DNA from: Rhodosorus marinus CCMP1338 | Taxonomy: Eukaryota; Plantae; Rhodophyta | DNA length: 64,000 nt | Assembly (NCBI GenBank): GCA_029953675.1 | Contig: JAMWBK010000010.1 | Location: 496,001 to 560,000, forward strand | Direction: 5' to 3' | Shown: positions 11,222 through 22,634 of the stretch, piece after piece | How the letters are laid out: each line of letters starts with the position of its first letter | Numbering within the stretch: the stretch's first letter is position 1 | Notes under the pieces: model-generated | Seen by the model: the letters and a program-made list of their open reading frames with translations, nothing else | Told to the model about the DNA's origin: nothing | Database searches by the model: none | Program-made: the position numbers and the translations under genes

Positions 11222-13301
11222 GTTATCTACAATGAAAGCCCACATGAGCTTTAAAAAAGATGGACCAGCTTTCTCAGATCCTCAAAACGATCTGATACTC
11301 AAAACACCCACAATCACTCCCCCTACAAAAACGTAGCCCTTCAGATCCCTAACCTAATCATCCACCACCTTCCAGTACCTTCATAATCCCAATGTACCCC
11401 ATAGAATCACTCGGCAGACGTTCCTCTTCACCATAACAACCTCCTCCCTCTAAACACATCCATCAACTCTCTCCTCCTGTCCCAACAAAGGCCCCGTACA
11501 AACTCCAGTTCGAAAAAACAACAGGAGAGACACAAAAACACCAAACCCAGCACTGCCTGTTGTGAAACAACTCCAGTTCATACAATAACAAGAAACGAAT
11601 TCCAAGTTCACAAACCTTTTATCAACGTCATTCCCACCTTACCACCACCACCTCCACCCTACCAACTTCAAACCCTCTCAAAGCCAAAACCCCTCCCTCC
11701 CCCCTCCTTCGTCAAGCGGCAAAAAAAAAAAACAAAAAACGCCACCCGCTTTCAAAAAAAGAGGAAACGCTTTAAGCCCTGACCGGTGGCTTTCAGATCG
11801 AGTTTTTCCTCTGTTTGCTCGTAGTTCGTATGCTGTGTCATTCTACTGCGGCGGTCTTAGTGTTTGAAGATCGACCTCCATCCCCTCCTCCCCCCAACCC
11901 CCGAGCGCACCTGTTAGGTTCCTTAGAAGGACTACAACCAGAGCTGCCCCCCAAAAAACCCCGCGTCAAGTCGGTTAAGAGAAACACTGTGCGTCGGACA
12001 TATATTATATTAAAACAACAGGTTTATGAATAAATTAGATTTAATAATGATAACTCAAGAAGTAGTCGACTTCGATTACGATATATTATTGGACAATAGA
12101 TCAATTAGGACTTTAAATTAAAAAAGTAGAAAAGTATGGGCGCTTTTTGTCTTACTTTTTGGTAGAATTTGTTCGTTGGATCAGGGGAAGGTTTTTATTG
12201 CTATTTTATTGGTTAAAGAGACCTACTGAATACGAATAAAAAGGTAGCTTATAATTGTATTTCATAAAAACAAGTAGTGCTTACAAATGTGTATTCTGTG
12301 GGACCGCAAGGGGTGGGGTACGCACGTGATTTTTATCAACTGACAAGGCTTTCAATCGAATGGTTTTTAGAAGGAAAACTACTTTGAAGCGATTGAGACT
12401 TATCCCCTGCCATATACTAAGTGCATATTATTTTGTTTCTATAATTTTAAAACCGATTTCGAAATAATGTCTATTAAACATAAAACAGATGAAGGAATAT
12501 GTTCCAATCACATCGCAATAGATTGAACCGAGGTAAATATTTCTACGAAGAGAACAATTGTGGTTAGATTTAGAAACAATTTTATTCTAGACTGACCTAG
12601 TTCGACCAAATAGGAATATGAATGCATCCAGTTTCAGTGCGGGTACCTTTTTTGAGTCTTCCGTACTTAATGCCCCATTTTGGTATTGTATTGATCGGTT
12701 TGTTCGTTCATAAGTATATCAATTTGCAGTATAAAATAGATTGCTTTTGGCAGGGTTCAGTGGAGTGGTGAGGAATCTCTGGATCCGGAGCTTTGCAAGT
12801 GATAGCGATGGTCGACCCCTAAAGGCTCTCGATTCTATGTTGCTGAAAGGAATCCTTGTTGTTTAACAGGAAACGGTATGGGTCCCGATCTGACTGCCAA
12901 GCTCTGCTGAGGAGGCATGATTCTCTCCGGGATTTTGCTCCTTTCTGTCTTGTTTTTGTTTTGGTTTGTTCTGAGAGCTGTTGTTCGTTTAGCGATAGTA
13001 GCTGATTGTATGGTGTCCGAGGTTTGGAAAGCGGGTTTTCATGTATAGTTGGGTCTTGTTTTGGATCAACGGATGCCTATATGCATTTTCTTCTCCAGCT
13101 GGGTCTCTCCGGATGATCGTGTGTTCGCCTTTGTAGACCTGGTTGGGTTTGTTGAACATGCGAATACGAGTTAGAGAATCGTTTCATGAGCAGCTGGTCA
13201 CCGACCATATTACAGTTCACCATTAGGTTGCGAGATGCTATGACAGGATATTATTCCCAGACTGGAGAGGATGGAGACGCGCACTCAAAAATACCACGCT
13301 A

Positions 13302-14572
13302 TCATTCGGCAAGAGGTTCACCTGATGCATTGGTCCATTCGTAGGTCACAAAGCCGCTACGAGTTGCTGCAGATCCTGTCACCCCTTCCATGTCCTGTCG
13401 GTCAAAAAAAAAACAGCAAAACCGAGTGCGTCGGTTTTCTCGAAGTGGTAGATCTGCATTCCACTAAGTTGCGGAATCACGATATTATTTACCATCGCAG
13501 TCACAGCAGCCTGGCAGTCTGGGTCGCTCTCCAGCACCCGATCAATAGCGATGTTGCAAGCCTCCGTGGGGTTCTTCCCCATTCTCATGAGCTCAACAAC
13601 CAGGAACGAAAGACAAAACCTGAAATGGTTTGAGACGTACGCAATCCGGAAGAAGCGGCTTTTGCTGCCTCGCGCGTACCTTATCATCTGATCTCCATCA
13701 CCAGTAGCAGTTGCTGCTCCAACTGATTTATCAGCGAACAAGCCTGCGCCGATAATGGGGGAGTCTCCGATTCGTCCAGGCTGGCGTTGAGAAGCAATCG
13801 AGAAATAAGCTCGGATTAGGATAGAGTACGAACATGAAAGCGAGCAAGCACCCTGCCGCAGAGAGTTGGGTGGCTGCAATAACAGCAATTCGATAGATAC
13901 TTTGAACCACCTGAAGCCGTGTGGTCTTGAGGCGTATAAGGTTTACAACTTACGTCCTTGAATTGCATACCGCTCGTCGTGCAAGCAACGTTCAAATCGC
14001 CGACCTCGTCGATGCAGATGAATCCCACTGTATCCGTGTGGACCGGTCCCTAGTGGGTGACATTTATATCAACAACGCGTAAGGCAGAATCGGTTACACG
14101 AAGAAGTTACTTTTTCCTGTCATTGTACTCAGGGCCCTACCTCGGCGCGGTTCAATCCCTGTTGCTCCTCCTTAACTCTTCTCACCGCATATTCGTTGAG
14201 CAAATTCTCAGGTGGCTCAGGTTGAAATCCCATGCTCATTGCGAACTTCTTCGCGCCTTCACCTGCAAGAACTGTATGTCTAGATCGATCCATAACTCTT
14301 CTTGCTATACCAACGGCAGTCCTGTACCCTTCTAATGCCATAACCGCACCGCATCTTCCATCACCGTTCATAAACCCAGCGTCCAACTGCATCACACCTT
14401 CGATGTTGGGCAAACCTCCATATCCAACTGTTGGCACTGACTCATCCAGCTCAAGTACACGGACGCCTTCTTCAACCGCCTCCGCACTTCCGACGCCAGA
14501 TTTCAGAAGTTCACCTGCTGTTTCGACCCCTCGTTTGCTAAAATCCCACGTAGACACTACGCTGGGCAACAT
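13302..14572 (-). CDS. AGA: N4-(beta-N-acetylglucosaminyl)-L-asparaginase (Ntn-hydrolase), multi-exon
   Basis: STWDF, TVGYGGLPN..GVMQLDAGFM, RHTVLAGEGA, autocleavage motif HTDTVG, ACTTSG, GRIGDSPIIGAG and ATGDGD. The last exon ends ...GEPLAE* at 13302. Confidence 0.92.
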
Positions 14573-15784
14573 TGCAGTCCTTTTCTCACCCAAATTGGAG
14601 TCCACTTTTCGTCGTGTCCTGTTCAACAGTCCAGGTCTTCCCCCTTCTCTCGCGTTGACGAGATGTCACCAAGCAAGCGCCCTTCAATACTACAGCAACG
14701 ATAACAGCAGCGACAGTGATGTCATACGACTCTCGAGATGAACACGCCTTCAACTGCATCAGATCCGAACATGATCCTCCACATCCTCTTCGGGTCGAAA
14801 CTTTGCCATAGCTTTGCATTGGCTGTTAACCTTCACCTTCCTGAAGAGGTTTCCAACACCGGGAGCATGAGGAGAGCATTTTCTCATGCCATTCACACAG
14901 AATGGATATTGAAGACTAGTTTTCTTGTCATTGGCTCTACAAAAGTGCTCAGAAATATCTCTATGAACCTCAGAGAGCTTCCAGGCGACTAGCAACAACT
15001 CCTGTGCTCCCTACTCCCGGTTTCCACATCACCTCGAGCAATAATGAATAAACATAAATTATACAGAGATGTTCGATTCTCAATGAAATAGTTACAGAAA
15101 AAGTTACCTCGTTTTATTAATATTTTGTAACTTTTTATGACTACGTCGAGTTTTAATGAGTAGATTTTAGTACAATACATATACACAATCTCAGCCTCGA
15201 GATTGTAGAAGATTAATTATTGAAAATGTTTAGATCTAATCTTGTGTTTGTATCGAAAACATTTGATAATCTTGGATTTTGGTTTCGTTTGGGATCAGCT
15301 GGGGATGACTTTAGACAGTTGGGTAAGCTATGTAGTGATTGTCTTGGTGTCCAACACCAAGACAGTCATAAGTGGATTTGGGTAAACGGATTTCACTTAA
15401 GACACAGATCCAGGTAGCGCGCTTGATCCAAGTCTTATAGCCCTCGTAGAGCGGGAGCAAGTTAGCGTGTAGCGTGTGTAGACGGGGGAAGGGAGTTTGA
15501 TCGCCGGTGGCTGAGCTGGTAAAATTTCCCGAGTCTGCTGCAGGAGAGCTTGTGGGAGAAGAGCGAAGAGGTTGGCGAGCACCGGGTGAGTGCCTCTGTC
15601 TGGCAGAAATTTTGAAATAAACACCAACCTTGGCGCTTTCAAAAGAGGAGCGAGATGGTAGAGAACAGAGGTTTGATTTCGATCCATATGTTCTTGATCC
15701 GGTAGAGGCTTCTAGCGCGGTTGGTTTTGGACTACACTAGCCCAAGCTGGTCTTAGTCGCCGCAACCCGGCTGGTGGTAAGAAG

Positions 15785-16852
15785 ATGGTATCGCTCCATA
15801 GGGACCTAGACTCGGTCAAGACAAGGACCTGGAAACCTGCCCGCCGGATTGGAACTCGGCAGTTGCGGCGGGAGAAGGACGTGCTGATGTTCAATCCGAA
15901 CCTGGTAATCATGCCCGGATTGGACGGTCTTGCGGGGCTCTGTGAGGACTTTGTTCGGGCTATATGTGGCTTTGGTGGATCGGCAAGGGAGATATCGTTC
16001 CCCGAAAATCGATGCCTACAGTTTGATCAGCTCGCTGAGCTCGTGAGCAGGGACCTCGAGGCAAATGAACGTCGGCCATACATTATCGTTGCTCAGAGTT
16101 TCTCAGGCCACGTGGCTCTCCGCCTCGCGGCGAGCAAATGCTCTCGTCGCGGAGTCGCAACGAATCTCAAAGGCGTTGTTTTCGTTAATTCGTTTATTAA
16201 GAGTCCACTTCCACAGCTTCTCTCGAGGACACTAGCAGACTCTCCACTCACCGGACCTCGGGCAGCGTCCAGCCTCCCGCCCAAGAACGTAAGTCAGAGG
16301 TTACTTGTGAACGGTGATCCCTCATCATCAGGTGAGTTCCTCATCATCTCTTTGGCAACCCAGCATCACGCTCAGTGCCGCTTGGAAGAAAACAACCAGA
16401 CTGACCGGTGAAGTCGTGGTACCTTAGGAATTGTTGATAAGCTTTATAGCAATGTCCGACGGCATCCTCCAGAAGTCATTTCGCATCGTTTGAGAATGTG
16501 CCTTGAGACGGATTCGTCCTCCATCTTCACAAGTACGTCATTACGGAATCCTCTGGAGCCGAACTTTCACCTTGAATCTTGGTATCGCACCTCCATCTGA
16601 AACTGCTGGCTCGTCGTCTTCTATTTAAACACAGATGCGAACTCACCACGGCTTCCTATGCTGTACCTGGAGGGGAAGGCAGACCCGCTCTCTGTCTTGC
16701 GAGTCTCCGCAGCCATGAAGAATCGAGTATCGAACTTGAAGATTCGCGCGGTGCACGGTGGACCGCACCTCCTCCTACAGCAGCGCCCTGATGAATGTGC
16801 CCGTCTGCTTGCGCAGTTCTGGAACGATCTTCGTCAGGAATCGTACTTGTAA
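15785..16852 (+). CDS. Alpha/beta-fold hydrolase (3 exons)
   Basis: Oxyanion segment LVIMPGLDG, nucleophile elbow IVAQSFSG, acid region YLEGKADPL and His motif [11 protein letters not shown]. The true start may lie upstream. Confidence 0.85.
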
Positions 16853-18156
16853 AACCCACGACCAGACTTCCTTCCGAGGCGACCAGCGTGGACATAGGAA
16901 GCAAGCAGAGGAGCAGGTCTGTACTTGTCATCTCCGAGGTGCGAGTGAAGAACGCGCATGATCGCCAGACAAGTGTCGAGTCCAATCAAGTCTGCGGTAG
17001 CTAGCGGGCCCTATGGAGTTGCGAAGACAAGTTAGAGGTTGAGCACGTGGGAGTATGGGAATTGACAAAACCAAGCCCAAAACGCAATTGTCGGTCTAGA
17101 AGGGGTACCATTTTCTTGGTACTGGAAGCGACGATTGCCATGTCAATTTCCTCAATCGTAGCTACACCTTCTGAGAACGTGTTGATGGCCTCGTTTATGT
17201 AAGGCATGAGTACACGATTTGAGATGAACCCGGGCGAATCTTTGACGGTTCCAACCACCTTTCCCATCCTCTCGCATACGCTTTTGGTCACGTCGATAGT
17301 CGATTCATCGGTTTCTAGTCCTGTTGGAAGAAGACTTGACCTTAGTTTGTTGAAACCACCGTCAAGGGCGTAGCTGTGTGCGCTCTGGTACCTGGAATCA
17401 GCTCAACGACCTGCATAACTTGCACTGGATTAAAAAAATGCATCCCCACGACCTTTTCAGGTTTCGATGTTACCGATCCGATCTTCGTGATGCTATGGGG
17501 CAGAAACGCTATCCTCTTTAAGCCCGCAGCGCTGTTTTGTATTCTTCCGTGAGGATTTTCGACCTCACCTGATTGAGGAAGTGTTGGATGCAAGTATTGC
17601 CTCTGAGTCGGTAATCTGATCAAGGGACTTGAAAATCTCGAGTTTCAACGTTTCACGTTCAGATGCAGCCTCTACGATGAGAGGCGCATCTCCGAGGTCC
17701 TCGATTCTTTTGCATGCGGTAATTCTCGAAATGATTTCATCTGTTGAAGACGACGAGACACTCGAAGAGGTCAATTACAACAAACTAGCGGTTTCACCCT
17801 CCAGTACTTTTTTGAGTATCAACTACTGACCGACTCTCGATTTGTCCAAGTCTCCCCGCTCCGCATAGCTATTGAGCTTGTTCCGAATCCACTCCATTGA
17901 TCCATTCAGCTTGGACTATGGACCAAAGCAAATCCATTACTCAGTTGCCTCGAAAGAAAAGTGTCCTGATAACAGGCCAGTAGAAGTCTTTGCCTACCCA
18001 GTCAACGTCATAACACATGACTTTCATATCAGCATTCCTCGCCGCGACCAGAGCAATACCCGTGCCCATCTGTCCAGCGCCAACTACGCCAATCGCGTCC
18101 ATCTTCTTCACCAGAATCGTCGATAAACATCTTGTAGACTTCGCAAGATTCTTCAT
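16834..18156 (-). CDS. 3-hydroxybutyryl-CoA (3-hydroxyacyl-CoA) dehydrogenase, canonical paralog, multi-exon
   Basis: [72 protein letters not shown] and [14 protein letters not shown]. Basic mitochondrial-type N-terminus. Confidence 0.95.
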
Positions 18157-18710
18157 GGTCCACTTCGAATCACAGCCCAGTGGCGGTGCCTTCTTCACTA
18201 GAGCTTCGCCTGCCTCCACAAGTTACCCCGAGAGATGTCTCACCAAGCTCAGCCAACGCAAAGTACCTCTCCCCCTCAGCATCGCCGTTGCCGCTTTCCA
18301 AGTCAGCCCTAGCAGGCGCCCCTAGTGGATTCAGAAAGGGAGGGGATCGAAATCCATCCTCACGATCGCATCTAAGCGTAAGGATGAGGACTGGTTTCCA
18401 AGAAAAAGCAGTATCGACGCTGCAGTAGCGCTTCTCCTACTGATCCATCTCCGGGTTAAGCCTCTTAAACTCGAAGAACTGACAGGTGTTATCTCAGAGA
18501 ATCTCTAGCCGCGGTAAGGAAGATGGCGAGGTAATCGTTCATTGCCACGCCGACTTCTTTCTCAGTGGCACGTCGTTTTCTTAGCGAAAGTCTTCCATAG
18601 GGAAGCCAAGATTGTATGACCTTATACTGTTATCCTCCAGCAGAGTTTTTTCCTATTGAATGATCTGCGCTCAACTGACCCTGGCTCGGAGAAGAAAGAC
18701 TACACTGTCC

Positions 18711-19440
18711 GGGCCTTTAAGGTGGAAGGCCAACCTGGACCTAATCAGGACCAAAATCCATCCCTCGAAGGCGGAAATGGATTCAATTCTGGCTAAATGC
18801 TTCCTGCAGGGAAGCAGCACCAGCCTTCCTCGAACAGTGGCAGCTTCCTCTGCAGAGCATCTGATTGGTAGTGTCAGGGGGTTGCGGGCGGTGGGGTTCC
18901 GGCGGAAGGCCAACCCGGACATCTAGTCAGGACCAAAATCCATTCCTCGAATAAGGAAATGGATTCCGTTCTGGCTAAGTGCTTCAGACAGAGAGGGACA
19001 ACCGCCTTCCTCGAACAGTGGCAGCCTCCTCACACCATAACTATCAGTGGTGCGTGGCCAGTCTTGAAGCGGCAGGGGGAAGGGGTTCCCGACGAGGCCA
19101 ACCCGGACACCTTGTCAGGACCAAATCCTATTCCTCGGAAATGGATTCCAGTATGGCTAAGTGCTACAGGCAGAGAAGAACATTCGCATCCCACGAACAG
19201 TGGCAGCCTCCTCTGGATATTGGCCACGCTGACTAGTAGGTTAGGTGGCCGGTCATCGGGATAGGCGGAGGGAGGGGGTTGCGGAGGAAGACCAACCCGT
19301 ACCCAAATCCATTCCTCGAACACGTAAATAGATTCCATTAGGGTCAAGTGCTTCAGGCAGAGAAGAAAACATCCTTCTTCCTAGAACAGGTTGGCAGCCT
19401 CCTCTGGAAGGTATTTGGTCACGCTGACAAGTTAGAATAC
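18711..19440. repeat. Four diverged tandem units of ~180-194 bp, each with inverted repeats
   Basis: The anchor ag(g/a)ccaacc occurs at 18727, 18907, 19095 and 19289. Each unit also carries aatccatt...aatggatt (imperfect in copies 3 and 4), aa(g/a)tgct.c and gaacag(t)ggcagc.tcct. Confidence 0.92.
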
Positions 19441-19612
19441 GTTGGCGGTACAGGGAAGGTACGAAGGAGCAAGGACGAAGGAGAAGCAGCAGGATGTGGT
19501 AGAGACTTGACTTTTCTGTCTGTTCTCTTGTGGATTAGTAATTTCTCTGGTCTTCACCCGGAAGTATTTCTTTGGAAGGAAGGTTGGTATCTTTTTGGGG
19601 GGTCTTTCAGCT

Positions 19613-20724
19613 ATGTTGTTGAGATCGATAAGCAGATTTGGGAAGGAAGGTGGCCGAAGATGGACGAGTACTGTGGGAATACTGGGTATGGGTAGGGTTG
19701 GTAGTAGTTTTGCAGCTTCTGCTGTTGAGTGTGGAAAGCTGAAGGTGAATGTTGTGGATACTGCGCCTCGGGTTGATGAGGGGATTAAGCGGGTGGAGGA
19801 TCTTCTTAAGGGTCGCGGAACGAACGGCAAGAATTTGAGGAAGATTTCGTTCGTTGAGGATGCCAAGGCGCTCGCAGAGAATTCAGACTTCATCATCGAT
19901 GCGCTCGAACCTGAGCTCGGAAAGGCGGCGAGTTTGAGGGTGCTAGCACACTATGCGAGGACCGAAGCCCCTATCGCCGTCGCATGTATGGGCGATCTGT
20001 CGGTGACAAAGCTCGCGTCGAACAGTGAAATTGCAAATAGAATCGTCGGCGTTCATTGCTTTAGAGAACCGCATGAGTCCTCAATGACTGAGGTTGTTAA
20101 AGGTATCTTTGAAACCCCCCAGTCGCTTGCTCCCCCTTTTCGGAGCCTAGTCAATTTATTGCTTAAGGACTCTTCACCTTCTTCAGGTCTTGACTCTTCC
20201 GATGAGGCAGTGAAGCGGGTAATCGCTTTGATGGGAGAGCTGGGAAAGCGGTGTGTGGTATGCAAAGATTCACCTGGCTTCATATCGGAGCGACTTCTCA
20301 TATCCTATATCAACGAAGCAGCTCAGGCTTTAGGGGAGGGTATAAGCAGCCCCGAGGATGTTGATCTCATCATGTCAAAGGGTACAGCCGAGACGATGGT
20401 AATGAACTCATCCGAAAGTGACTTGTACTTTCGTTTTGCTTCTTCTCCTCGAAGAATGCACGAAGAACTCCCCCATTTCCTTACCGAAACAATCAATTTT
20501 TCTTTGGGACGATCCCGGTGCTAATCGTACAGGGTCCGTTGGCGTTTGCTGATGAACTGGGACTTGATCGCTGCCTACAAACCATGAAGATGCTGTATGC
20601 AAAATTCTGTGACTCAAAGTATCGACCTGCGCCAATTCTGGTTCAGTACGTGGAGGGTAACAGACTGGGGAAAAAGTCTGGTCGGGGGTTTTACGTTTAT
20701 GACAAGGAGGAGCCGAAAACTTGA
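19613..20724 (+). CDS. Divergent 3-hydroxyacyl-CoA dehydrogenase paralog (introns 20103-20186, 20399-20532)
   Basis: [47 protein letters not shown] and NRLGKKSGRGFYVY. Presequence-like start MLLRSISRF. Confidence 0.9.
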
Positions 20725-21741
20725 TCGGGGAAGCATTCTTATGTCACAGAACTAGACGGCGCTTCGTGAAATCTTGGGCCGAAGAGATGGGCCTACTGTC
20801 TGGACCAAGTTGTAGGGAGCTTTGCAAACGAAGGTGGACTAACTGCTGCTAACATTTAATAAAAGCATAGTATCTCACTAAGCAAGAGCAAAGGGGTTGC
20901 GATTCCAACGATACCGAAACAAGAACGTGTGATTGCCAGGTCGAGCTCGGTGGTGCTGGAAATCGTGCCATATGCGACAAGTAAGCACTTTGAATTACGG
21001 TATTGGACGGAATGGGAGGAGCTAAGCTGATGGTTCCTTCCCATCTTTGGGCCGGCCTCCACCCGACTAGATGAACGCGAAAGCTTTCCCACTCTGCCAC
21101 CTCCTCGTTCTCTGCTCTGTTTCAATCGGAGCAACCATCTTGCAAGTGCGCTGGGAAAAAGAACTGCTCACTTGGACCAGGGAACCAGAACACTGGCCTC
21201 TGTCCCTGTCTCCTGCTCACGCCACGCACAGTGCAAGAAAAAGGCAGCACCATCCATACCACCAGCGCAGCGCCCAGGCAAGCGAGCCGCTCCGGTCGAT
21301 TCAGATCTGTCAAGAACGGAACTCGCACTCCTTGGAACAGCGCCGTTACTATGGCCCGGTCGGGAAAGTCCAAAAACCGCTGATCACTCGTTCATGATTG
21401 TGCAAAAGGCCTACTCTTGATAGTTTGCTTCTCTGTACGATAGCTCCACAGATCAAGTAGGCCAAACCCACTCGAGCGTAACTCAATTGTCCAATCCTTC
21501 GGACAGTCTTGGACAGACTGTCCAACCGAGTCCACGTTGAGAAAAATTTTCATTGCTTTTCGGACAGCTTGTCCTTTTCAAGCATTGCCATTTGAAGAAG
21601 CTCTGCTGCTCACAGCGGCGATGGAGGTGGGGAGGGATGGTGGACGTTTCGAAACGACATAGTTGTTTTTGAAGAACTGAACTCCGATTAGGCAGTGCTG
21701 TGTTTGAAATCGCGTTTGTGTTTGATTCTGGTTTTGGAACG

Positions 21742-22394
21742 ATGGATGCTTTTGTGGGTGTTCTGTCGGTGGGGGTGGGCGTTGGAGGTTCGACTAGTGG
21801 AACGTGTTCGAGAAGCGGGAGGAGGAGGTTGGTCGTTGCATCTGCGGGGAAGGATGGGTACAAGCTGAACATTTCGGAGGCGATAATGGTAGATCTTGAG
21901 GGCGAGTCGCTGAACTCCATATCGAAAATGCCGATCTCGGCGATTCAGGGTGTTGGGGAGAAGACGGAGAAGGTTCTTGGCGCTCTTGGCCTGAAGACTG
22001 TTTCGGACATGGCCGACTACAAATTCTATAAGATTTCCAGAGCGATCGCAGTGCTTGAGAGTGTCGAGAGAGATGGAAAGCGCCCCGATAGCTCGACCAT
22101 GAATATTGATAAGGCCGTAGGTGCAAAACACCAGGTACTCATTGATATCTGATTTCATGCCTTCTGATGGAGCCACCCGTTATTACTCTGGTTCAGGTCG
22201 ATAAGGACTTCGAATCCAAGTCATTCGGAGATATTTGTGACGCCTCAGCTTCAGCGCTTCAAGGCATCAGTGAAGAGAAGGGAGAGTTACTGGCCTCTAT
22301 TGGCGTGGACACCGTGCGAAAACTTGGCGAGTGGAAGTACTTCAAGTGGGCGGAGTCGATCGTTGATCTATCCAAGTTCGAGGAGACCAAGTAG
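21742..22394 (+). CDS. Putative plastid-targeted protein with two copies of a ~65-aa domain (intron 22117-22196)
   Basis: MDAFVG...RRRLVVAS transit-like leader. Repeat 1 is ESLNSISKMPISAIQGVGE..LGLKTVSDMADYKFYK; repeat 2 is KSFGDICDASASALQGISE..IGVDTVRKLGEWKYFK. Confidence 0.85.
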
Positions 22395-22634
22395 TCGTAC
22401 GAGAACAGCAATCGATCCACCTTTTGCGAGCATCGTATCAATCGCGATAGTGAGCCAGATGAGGCCACACAATGGTAGTGGCCTCCACATATAGAGCGGC
22501 GGCGCTTCCACGTCGTCCGGTGTTTGTCCACTCGACCGAATCGTGGGCAGGAACATAAAGTCTTTTACAAATCTCGACAATGATCTGCAGTCTAAGTTAG
22601 TTCGTTAGTTTGTCAACGCAGCCTTTTCTGAGAG

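Noticed and set aside
11347-11357. CCCTAACCTAA telomere-like word (similar at ~47760)
   Set aside because: Fewer than two perfect units in C/A-rich promoter flanks, which is expected by chance.
14232-14741. 169-aa plus-strand ORF; likewise 10590-11060 (+), 26987-27601 (-) and 60315-60938 (-)
   Set aside because: These are antisense shadows of AGA, the SLC25 carrier, the CitE-like gene and SNAPC4 respectively.
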